From NCBI GenBank assembly GCA_963847445.1, contig CAWJZV010000008.1:96001-160000 (forward strand): DNA of 64,000 nt, written 5' to 3'. The position numbers and the translations under genes were made by a program. Below the pieces are notes generated by a model. It worked only from the letters and a program-made list of their open reading frames with translations. It had not been told where the DNA came from and ran no database searches. The stretch comes from an uncultured delta proteobacterium (GTDB taxonomy: Bacteria; Desulfobacterota; Binatia; UBA9968). How positions within the stretch are numbered: position 1 is the first letter of the stretch; each line of letters begins with the position of its first letter. Positions 56,354 to 64,000 of this stretch are shown here, in pieces.

Positions 56354-56869
56354 ATGTGGGAATATACCGGCCATAGGCGGCCGCCTTTCGCCGCAACACC
56401 GGAGTCCGGACAGGAGTCGGTGTGGGATTATCCTCGGCCGCCCAAACTTGTTGCAGACCATCGGCGCATCGTCGTGCAATGCGGCGATCTGCCCATCGCC
56501 GACTCGCGTGAAACTTATCGCGTCCTGGAGACTGCGGGACCGCCGACTTTCTACATTCCGCCCGGAGATGTGCATGCGGAGCTGCTGAAGCCGTTTCCCG
56601 GCACGTCGATTTGCGAATGGAAAGGCGCGGCGCAGTACTGGACATTGGCAACGTCGATAGCGCCGCGAGAAGCGATCGCCTGGAGTTATCCGCGGGCGCA
56701 AGCGCCATACGGCGCGATTGCCAATTACTTTTCCTTCTATCCCGGTCGCGTCGACTGTTGCGTCGATGGCGAGCGCGTGCGCCCGCAGCCAGGTTATTTC
56801 TATGGCGGTTGGATAACCAATGAAATTGTCGGTCCATGGAAAGGGGAGCCGGGGACGGAAGGATGGTAG
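56354..56869 (+). CDS. DUF427 domain protein
   Basis: QESVWDYPRPP, VLET..PPTFYIP, CEWKGAA.YW and FYGGWIT motifs. Confidence 0.88.
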   Translation: MWEYTGHRRPPFAATPESGQESVWDYPRPPKLVADHRRIVVQCGDLPIADSRETYRVLETAGPPTFYIPPGDVHAELLKPFPGTSICEWKGAAQYWTLATSIAPREAIAWSYPRAQAPYGAIANYFSFYPGRVDCCVDGERVRPQPGYFYGGWITNEIVGPWKGEPGTEGW

Positions 56870-56959
56870 CTGGCGATGTTCAGGGAAGAGGGCGCAGTTT
56901 CGTTTTTCTTCCTTGATAGCTCTTGCGACGGCAATCGCCGTGGTGCAGGTGCTCACAGC

Positions 56960-57195
56960 TGCCGAAGAGTTCGGTCATCCGATATGGCACCTCCCGCCAG
57001 GCTCCGGATCGGGTGAAGCTCCTACGCCAGGCTTATGCGAAAGGCGTGAAGGATCCAGAGCTGTTCGCTGAAGCGCAGTTCTCTTGTGGCGATGGATCCC
57101 GTCCGGGGGACGATCTCCTAGGAACTGGCGCGTCGGGTCGTGCAGCAACCGCGCGGTCATCGAACAGATCAAAGACGCCTGCGTTACGAACTAAG
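56960..57195 (+). pseudogene. Degenerate TctC-like 3' fragment
   Basis: EEFGHP..PP and PDRVKLLRQAYAKGVKDPEL.AEA match the C-terminus of the gene at 3..482. Confidence 0.65.
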
Positions 57196-57264
57196 CCGGC
57201 TCGCAGACGGAGAGGCTTCGATGCAGAGCCTTAAAACCGTTCGCATCATTAAAGCGAGGGCAGA

Positions 57265-57993
57265 ATGGATCGTGTAAAAATCGGCTTTCTCGGCTCCACG
57301 GCGCCGTCGAGCCCGCATCTCGACAGCTTCCGCCCCTGCGTGCCACAGGACGTCGAGTTCACCTTCGTGCAGGAGGCGGACGCGGGGGATTCCCTTTGGG
57401 ATGTCAAAGGCAAAACCGAGGGTTTGATTCGCCAGGCCAACGAGTTGATCGAGCGCCATGGTTGGGATGGCCTGGTGATCAGCGGCGGGCCCAAAGAAGT
57501 TCTCAATCCCGGCATGTGGGAACGCCTCTGCGTCGAGATCAAAGTGCCGGTGGCCACGGCGCTGCGCTCGTCGGCGCTCGCCCTCAGAGCGCTAGGCGCG
57601 GGGCGGATCTTGCTGATGACCCCGGTCGACGACAAGCTCAAAGACCTTTACCGAGATTATCTTGCCGGGTTTGGTTTCGCCGCAGTCTATCCACCGCAGA
57701 CCCTGCACAAGCACACCGACGCGCTCAAGCTCACGCCGCAGGAGGTCGCGCAAATGACGCGCCAAACATTCGCGGCGCACCCAGGGGTCGACGCGATTTA
57801 TTTCCAAGGCGCCTTGCTCGATCCATTGCCGATTTTGGACCAGCTCGAAACCGAGCTCCGGGTGCCGATAGTCGCCAGCAGCCTGGCGCGGATGTGGGAT
57901 ATCCTCTCTCAGCTCGGTCGCAGCTACAAATTACCTGGTTACGGCACCCTGCTCGCCGACTGGCCGCCTTTGCCGCGCCTTGAAAAGGTGTGA
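57265..57993 (+). CDS. Asp/Glu racemase, maleate isomerase/AMDase-superfamily protein
   Basis: ALRALGAGRILLMTP, DAIYFQG, LETELRVPIVASS and GYGTLL motifs. Confidence 0.78.
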   Translation: MDRVKIGFLGSTAPSSPHLDSFRPCVPQDVEFTFVQEADAGDSLWDVKGKTEGLIRQANELIERHGWDGLVISGGPKEVLNPGMWERLCVEIKVPVATALRSSALALRALGAGRILLMTPVDDKLKDLYRDYLAGFGFAAVYPPQTLHKHTDALKLTPQEVAQMTRQTFAAHPGVDAIYFQGALLDPLPILDQLETELRVPIVASSLARMWDILSQLGRSYKLPGYGTLLADWPPLPRLEKV

Positions 57994-58043
57994 TGTTGGT
58001 AGTTACAAAACGTTGAGGGAGTAGACCCGATTGGCCGGCCGCG

Positions 58044-58082
58044 AAACAAAAGGGGCATCCTGCCCTTCGGCAGGATGCCCCT
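58044..58082 (-). terminator. Intrinsic terminator
   Basis: 14-bp stem AGGGGCATCCTGCC/GGCAGGATGCCCCT with a U-rich tail on the minus strand, just after the gene ending at 58108. Confidence 0.85.
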
Positions 58083-58107
58083 GAAATATTCTCAGAGAGA
58101 AATCTTG

Positions 58108-59124
58108 TTATTTGCTTTTGTACATCTTCTCGAAGAAACCCTCGTCGTCGAGTTTCTTGAGCCAAGTGGGGTCGACGATGCGCTCGGCTTTGATCGACGC
58201 GACCTTGGGATTTTGCTCGGCGACGTATTTGATGACGGTTCGGGTGCCCTCGACGGTCGGATAGGGTTTGCGATCGAGTTCCTCCAAGGCTTCAACGTAA
58301 AAGTCCTCGGCGGCTTCGACATTGGACAAGCGCAGGTTCTTGGCGAGCACTTCCTTGACCGCTTGCTTGTTTTCCTTGTTGAAGACGTACGCATAGCCTT
58401 CCACCATGGCCCGAGTGAAGTTCTCGAACAGCTTCGGATTGGCCGCCATCTGATCCCGGCGCGACGCCAGCACGGTGTTTTGGTAAGGGATCTTCGCCTG
58501 ATTCATGTTGAGCAACTGGTGATATCCTTTGCCAATCATGGTTTTGGTGGCAAGCCGCTGCAGCATGGCGGCATCGAGTGCTTTTTGCTCCAGAGCGGCC
58601 ATGCGTTCGGGGTCGAGGCCGGTTTGCATGATAATCACATTGTCGCGCTTGGCCTCGAGGCCGAGATGATCGAGCGCGATCAGGGCCGATACATGGGACG
58701 AGCCGCCGAAGCGCGCGGTGCCTAGTCGCTTGCCTCTGAGATCGGCCGCGGTCTTGATGTTGGTTTGAGTGATCAAGGCAAACGGAGAGGTATTGCTGAC
58801 GCCGAGAAACATCGAGATATCGACGCCGTTGGCGATCAAGCTCAAAAGAGCGGCGGGCGCATTGGCGGCGACTTGGATTTCCCCGGCGGCCAACATCTGG
58901 CTCACTAGCGCGCCGCCCATGACGAAGATCAATTGAACGTCGACGCCGTACTTGTCGAAGATCTTTTTGTCTCTGGCCACCCACAGCGGTGTGTTGTGCG
59001 GCGTCGCCGTGGACACCGCGACTTTGAGTTGCTGGGATTTCGATGTTTGGGCCAGGCTAGGAGCGGCGGTTGCGAGCGCCAAGAGCACGGCAACGAATCC
59101 GATCCGAAAAGATTTATAGGTCAT
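58108..59124 (-). CDS. NMT1/SsuA-type ABC substrate-binding protein
   Basis: WVARDKKIFDKYGVDV, DLRGKRLG and LDDEGFF. GGAGGTG RBS precedes ATG 59124. Confidence 0.87.
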   Translation of the reverse strand: MTYKSFRIGFVAVLLALATAAPSLAQTSKSQQLKVAVSTATPHNTPLWVARDKKIFDKYGVDVQLIFVMGGALVSQMLAAGEIQVAANAPAALLSLIANGVDISMFLGVSNTSPFALITQTNIKTAADLRGKRLGTARFGGSSHVSALIALDHLGLEAKRDNVIIMQTGLDPERMAALEQKALDAAMLQRLATKTMIGKGYHQLLNMNQAKIPYQNTVLASRRDQMAANPKLFENFTRAMVEGYAYVFNKENKQAVKEVLAKNLRLSNVEAAEDFYVEALEELDRKPYPTVEGTRTVIKYVAEQNPKVASIKAERIVDPTWLKKLDDEGFFEKMYKSK

Positions 59125-59459
59125 ATTTTTCACCTCCGGTTTTTGTGATATCCATCCGCGCTCTGAATCTCAATCGCTTCATCGCCAACAGTGTGGACAG
59201 AGGGCCAGATCATTTCTTATGACATGCGGCAGGGATGACTTATCCTATCGCCTCTCCTGCGACAAGGGGCCCATCCTGCCGCTCCGGTAATCTTTCATCG
59301 CCTGGCAATTCCAAATCCTTTGCCGCTAATCACCTGTCCCTGTCCGGGGATGTCCATTACCCCGCTGGACTTCGTCTAGCCCTTGGTGCCCTAAAGCGTT
59401 ACGTTGGATAAGAAGGTAAGGGAAGCTTAACAGGTCAGGGAACAGGGAAGGAAGTCGAA

Positions 59460-59672
59460 ATGAATCCTGCCATATTCCGGTTTCTTATTGGGTTATTCCT
59501 TTCGTTCATGGGATGCACCGCCGAACCCGACCGCATTCTCATGAAAGTACAGGGCGAGGATAATCGCTGCCATATGAAGATCGAGACCTATGGCGATCCG
59601 GCCATGCCGACCGAACGCGAGGTTGTCGATTATTACGGGCCCTGTGATGAACGGCCTGGTCCCAGGCGTTAA
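59460..59672 (+). CDS. Small putative lipoprotein
   Basis: Signal peptide ending FMGC, two further Cys, and a purine-rich RBS region. Confidence 0.55.
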   Translation: MNPAIFRFLIGLFLSFMGCTAEPDRILMKVQGEDNRCHMKIETYGDPAMPTEREVVDYYGPCDERPGPRR

Positions 59673-59845
59673 TCATGGCGGCGTCAAGTGATCATGTAGC
59701 GGAAGCCTGTAGCGTTCTGTTGAACGCCAATCGCCACTTTCATCCCGTTAGCAGTCTGCATTGTTTACCTGGTTATTGTAAATCTCGTCCTGCTGGCCAG
59801 GATACCTCCCGTTTGCGCAGTTTTCGATTATGCTTTGCTCGACGG

Positions 59846-60325
59846 GTGAGGAACTCCTGGCTAAGTTATTTGCTGTCGGCGGCGCTGACAATCTCCTGTA
59901 GTGCGCCAACGCCGATTCCGCCGCAGCATGCAGCAGCTGGCCTCGGCGGCACGTCCTGGCAGTTAGTCAGGTTTCAGGGCGGTAACGACATGCTGCTGAC
60001 GCCCGACGACCCGGCGAAGTACACGATCGCCTTCGGCACCGACGGCAGCGTTAGCGCGCGCATCGACTGCAACCGTGGGCGCGGAACCTGGAAATCTTCG
60101 GGACCGAACCATCTCCAGTTTGGTCCGCTCGCGCTCACTCGCGCGACATGCCAGCCCGGCTCCCTCCATGATCGCATAGTCAAGGACTGGGAGTTTGTGC
60201 GGTCATACATTTGGCAAGGTAAACGTCTCTTTGTGGCGCTCATGGCCGATGGTGGCATTTACGAGTTCGAGCCGCTCGGCGGAGCGAATGCACGCCCGCC
60301 GGAGCCGGCAACGATAAGATCATAG
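59846..60325 (+). CDS. META/HslJ-domain lipoprotein
   Basis: TISC lipobox-like site, LGGTSWQL, DCNRG.G and FGPLALTRATC. Confidence 0.82.
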   Translation: MRNSWLSYLLSAALTISCSAPTPIPPQHAAAGLGGTSWQLVRFQGGNDMLLTPDDPAKYTIAFGTDGSVSARIDCNRGRGTWKSSGPNHLQFGPLALTRATCQPGSLHDRIVKDWEFVRSYIWQGKRLFVALMADGGIYEFEPLGGANARPPEPATIRS

Positions 60326-60376
60326 CGACGTTCTACAAGACACTACCGCTGACTTCTCATCCCGCCTCTCAGGGAG

Positions 60377-60703
60377 CTATGTCTGGCGCACTCGCCGCTC
60401 CGGGATGTTGTCTCGACGGGCGATAAGCATGAGCACCCCGAGCAAAACAAGTAGCGTCGGCAATAACACGAACCAGGTCACATGCCATCGATCATGGAGC
60501 GCCCAGGCGATACCACTGGCGATCAGAATCGGCCCAGTGACCACCGAGTTCTTGGTGATTCCATCCATAATCAAGATCGCGATGCCGCCCAGGACAAGCC
60601 CCGCGGCGATGATCCAATCGATGTCGGGAAACAACCGGTAGTACCAAAGCAACCACGCGCTGCCGACGACAATCAGAGTAATGGGCAATCCGGCATCTCT
60701 CAT
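60377..60703 (-). CDS. Small four-helix membrane protein
   Basis: GGGAGG RBS precedes ATG 60703. Hydrophobic helices. Confidence 0.7.
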   Translation of the reverse strand: MRDAGLPITLIVVGSAWLLWYYRLFPDIDWIIAAGLVLGGIAILIMDGITKNSVVTGPILIASGIAWALHDRWHVTWFVLLPTLLVLLGVLMLIARRDNIPERRVRQT

Positions 60704-61077
60704 GAATCCTCCCAGCCAAACGTTTGACCCAGAGATCGCCGTGTCGTTAACCGGGCCGAGTGAAAAATACCGGAGTTCATAGGAATCTTCGCAACGGTCG
60801 AAACCTTTGCGGAGTTTATTAAAGAGTACGAACGCCGTCAACCAGAGGAAAAACCTAGGAAAAACAGGGATACCGGGTTAGCACCATACGGTCGCAGTCG
60901 ACCCCTTCGAAGCCGGTGGCCTTGACCCGCACACCCTTCCTAAGCGCCGCGCTTGACGTTGAAACGAGCGACGGCGAGCAGTCCACTACCGGCTACGGCT
61001 AAGTTTGGACGTAGTTCGGTGAATGCGCGTGGCTCAATCCCATGTGCGCGAGTTGCCGCCCAGGTGCGCCGTGATTG

Positions 61078-61722
61078 TCAGGCCGCCGGAGGATCATCCA
61101 TCTGCGGCACTGTGAAAAATAAATCGTCCAATTGAGTGGGCTTATGTCGCGCAAGGAAGGTCAGGTAATTGGAAATGCGCGTTTCCTTATCCAACAACGA
61201 TTGCACGAGCAGGGTTTGATCGCTGCTGCGGTTCGCATGGGTGAAGCTCTGCACGTAATCAGCGATATCAGGAAAGTATTGTAATTCAGTAGGTTTGGCG
61301 ACAATGATTTTCAACCTCTCCAACAGTATCGCCATCGATTCGGTCGTGATCAGGCGCTTCCAGTCCCGCGGCGCGTTGCTGCCGATGTCCCGTCGTAACA
61401 ACCGTGCAATCCCGCAATCGATACTGGATGGCAGACGGGGCTGCACATCGCTGACAATGGCAACCGGCTTAAGATTGCCGATACTCGGCGATTGCCGTTC
61501 GTTATCGGTCGCCAATCCACGTGTCGTTCGATCGAGATTCACTTGTAGCGGCGCGCGCTGCGACGGCCGCGCCTGCTCGGCAAGATTACGGGAGAGTGCG
61601 TTGCGAAATTTGTCGAAACGATTGCCGATTATGCGTGATTTCCAGCGCAGTAGCGGCTGGTAAACACCGAATAAATCACTGGTGTTTGGCATGATACCTT
61701 TAACATCGGCCGGTGCTTTCAT
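61078..61722 (-). CDS. Hypothetical protein, possibly truncated
   Basis: 214-aa ORF in lower-GC sequence; no recognised motif. Confidence 0.5.
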   Translation of the reverse strand: MKAPADVKGIMPNTSDLFGVYQPLLRWKSRIIGNRFDKFRNALSRNLAEQARPSQRAPLQVNLDRTTRGLATDNERQSPSIGNLKPVAIVSDVQPRLPSSIDCGIARLLRRDIGSNAPRDWKRLITTESMAILLERLKIIVAKPTELQYFPDIADYVQSFTHANRSSDQTLLVQSLLDKETRISNYLTFLARHKPTQLDDLFFTVPQMDDPPAA

Positions 61723-62263
61723 GGAGTTCGCTTCCTTACCATAGGAAATAGGGAAATATTTCTGTGCTTAGGTTGTTTTTTGCTTAAGCAACGTCTGTTC
61801 CAGAGGTTTTTAGTTAGTGTAACCAGGTAAAAGGCCTTTCTTCGTTAAGTCCGCGTAAACTTTTGTTTACATTTGGTGTATCCGCTAGTTGCAAAGTCGG
61901 GGCGGGAAAGCAAGTTTATACGAAGATTCTTTCAATTCAACGTTGTTGGTCACCAGGTACGCAGGCGACGTAAGGGCTCATCGCGAACGGCCTCGGCGCC
62001 TACCCTGGGTTTCTCGAAAAGCGGGCCGAAGGGTGAGCCAGATATCACGCATGCTCAAATCGACATGAAGGAAAAATTTGTAGGAAAACTACAGACACTT
62101 ATATGGCGACAGTTTATATCGACAGGTAAGTTGGCAGATTCCTGACAAACCCCAACCATCGCTCGATTTTTGAGCAGCCGGATATTCTACCTCCTGAGGC
62201 GGCCGCGGCGGTAGGCGGGTTCGTTGGTTTAGCGCGCTGCCGCCTAGCGCCAGGGGGCCTGTT

Positions 62264-62512
62264 TTACCTTTGGTTTATTGACTCGTTGGCTTTTCTCGAT
62301 GCGATCTCATCCCGCTCCCGTTTTGAATACCAATCTTCTGTCCAGTTTTTTACTTCTTCTTGTTTATCGCCATATCTCTTCTGGATAACCCCTAAGAATT
62401 TATCGTAGTCACCCTCTGCTTCTAACAAATCGTCGTCGGTTAAGTCTGCCCATTTGCTCTTGAGCTCGCCTTTGAACTGTTTCCATTCGCCTTTAAACTG
62501 ATTGCTATTCAT
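62264..62512 (-). CDS. csbD: CsbD-family general stress protein
   Basis: FKGEWKQFKGELKSKWADLTDDDL...G.IQKRYG. AAGGAG RBS. Confidence 0.88.
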   Translation of the reverse strand: MNSNQFKGEWKQFKGELKSKWADLTDDDLLEAEGDYDKFLGVIQKRYGDKQEEVKNWTEDWYSKRERDEIASRKANESINQR

Positions 62513-62789
62513 ACAAGTCTCCTTTCCGTAACGGGGATGTTGTAAAAGCACATATGAGACCAACAAAAAGTCGCTGACGATTCACCGGAAAACATTTCTG
62601 CGATGATAATTATGAGACAAAACACATGAATATGTCCCGTCAGTGGGACGAGCCGGGATATCGACGGGCAATTGCCAATATCTGACGGTGGGCCGCGGCA
62701 TGGTGCCAATCCGCGTTGGCCTATTCAAGGCTATAAGCGTGTGGAGTTATGGAAAAGACAGTGAGGGTTATTATTCACGAACTCATGAT

Positions 62790-63794
62790 TCAATGCATGA
62801 GCGCCAACGCAACTGCTACACACGCGGTGATCAACGCGGTGCCGGCTAGCGCCAGCGCCATGAAAATTGCGGTTCGCCAAAACGGCTCCATTGCGAGCGC
62901 GCTAACGGCATCGGTTGCTGCAATCCGGCTATCGGCGAAAAGTGACTGCTGCATCACCGTCTTGGCCGCCAACACCTCATCCATAGCGGATTCGAAATCC
63001 TGCTGTTTTATGCGCTTACCCAAATCCGGGCCCGCTTCTGCGGCCGCCGAGGCCGCGGCCTTGAGAACCGCATTCTTGATATCGCCACCACTCACTGTAT
63101 AGCGCTCGGCGAGCCGCCGGAAATCCACGTCGGGCGCCAAGGGAGTCTTCTTCGGGTGGATTTGCAGCTCCCAGATGCGTGCGCGTTCTTCCGGTCCTGG
63201 GATCTCAAACAGTATATGTGCGCGGATGCGGCGTTCGAAGGCGGAATCGAAGTTCGCTGCCAGATTGGTGGCGAAAATTACGATGCCATTGAACGCCTCC
63301 AACTCGCGCAGGAGAACGTTGACCGTGAGATTGCTTTCCCGTTCATGCGGCAGTCCGGCGCCCGAGGAGCGGCGCATGGCGATGGCGTCGGCCTCGTCAA
63401 ATAACAGGACGGCATTTTGCTCAGCCGCCGCGCGGAACGTCGCAACGATATTTTTTGGCGTCTCGCCGAACCACATCGACTCGGCCTCGGCATAGTTGAC
63501 CACGAGCAGCTTCAGGCCAAGCTCATGGGCAATCGCTTCGGCACAGATCGTCTTTCCCGTGCCGGGCTGTCCGGCGAAGTTAAACGCCAGTCCCCGTCCC
63601 GAAGTATGCCGTTCGCCCAGGCCCCAGCGGTCAAAAATCAAGTGGTGATGGCGCACCTGCGCCAGCGCCTGCTCCAAGGTACGGCGGGTTTGTGGCGCCA
63701 AAACAACATCGGCCAACGAACGCGCCGGGGTGACGGCTTCCACGACTCGGCGCGAACCGAGGCCCGTAAAGAAAGAAATCAGTGGACTAGCCAT
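62790..63794 (-). CDS. AAA+ ATPase with a C-terminal membrane anchor
   Basis: Walker A GQPGTGKT, Walker B LLFDEAD, ATN...DSAFERR and SGGDIKN. Hydrophobic C-terminus. Confidence 0.88.
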   Translation of the reverse strand: MASPLISFFTGLGSRRVVEAVTPARSLADVVLAPQTRRTLEQALAQVRHHHLIFDRWGLGERHTSGRGLAFNFAGQPGTGKTICAEAIAHELGLKLLVVNYAEAESMWFGETPKNIVATFRAAAEQNAVLLFDEADAIAMRRSSGAGLPHERESNLTVNVLLRELEAFNGIVIFATNLAANFDSAFERRIRAHILFEIPGPEERARIWELQIHPKKTPLAPDVDFRRLAERYTVSGGDIKNAVLKAAASAAAEAGPDLGKRIKQQDFESAMDEVLAAKTVMQQSLFADSRIAATDAVSALAMEPFWRTAIFMALALAGTALITACVAVALALMH

Positions 63795-64000
63795 AACTGA
63801 TTCTGGTCGATTTCTCTCTGTGAATCCAGAATACCGAGGATAAAAATCTGACGGCTAAAAACTTGCGATGGCAGCCGGAGATTAATTCATTTTTTGCCTC
63901 TGTTTTTCGCGCCAGTTGGCTTTACCGCCCATTCGGGCTGGAAAGCGTTGGAAAAGTGCAGTAAGCAGTAGACATTACAGCGGGGAGGTACCGAGATGGC

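Noticed and set aside
63981-64000. GGGGAGGTACCGAGATGGC as the 5' end of a tRNA
   Set aside because: Fits equally well as a GGAGG RBS with ATG at 63996. Cut by the window edge, so not callable.

Overview
GC-rich bacterial chromosome segment, probably from a metagenome-assembled genome. The many orphan solute-binding proteins, CoA-transferases, amidohydrolases and short periodic intergenic repeats suggest Candidatus Binatia or a related deltaproteobacterial lineage (inference only). Many genes carry single-base frameshifts, most likely long-read consensus errors, so I rebuilt genes across frames. Most of the window encodes catabolism and transport: Bug/TctC, NMT1-type and Fe-type binding proteins, CaiB transferases, acyl-CoA dehydrogenases, a crotonase, an M16 peptidase pair and a phosphorelay cluster. 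Best candidate for a new system: an AT-rich island (about 13.7-16.0 kb) encoding a DUF3990-like ADP-ribosyltransferase and a small partner, facing a macrodomain-SEFIR/TIR fusion, a possible ADP-ribose-linked defence module. Also notable: an intact lipase/macro-like/CHAT protease fusion; a hidden AhpD-like CxxU selenoprotein with a SECIS-like hairpin; two decayed toxin-antitoxin modules, one split by a three-hairpin mini-insert, next to an IS; and an unexplained structured non-coding segment near 60.9 kb. All domain calls come from reading motifs by eye; no searches were run.
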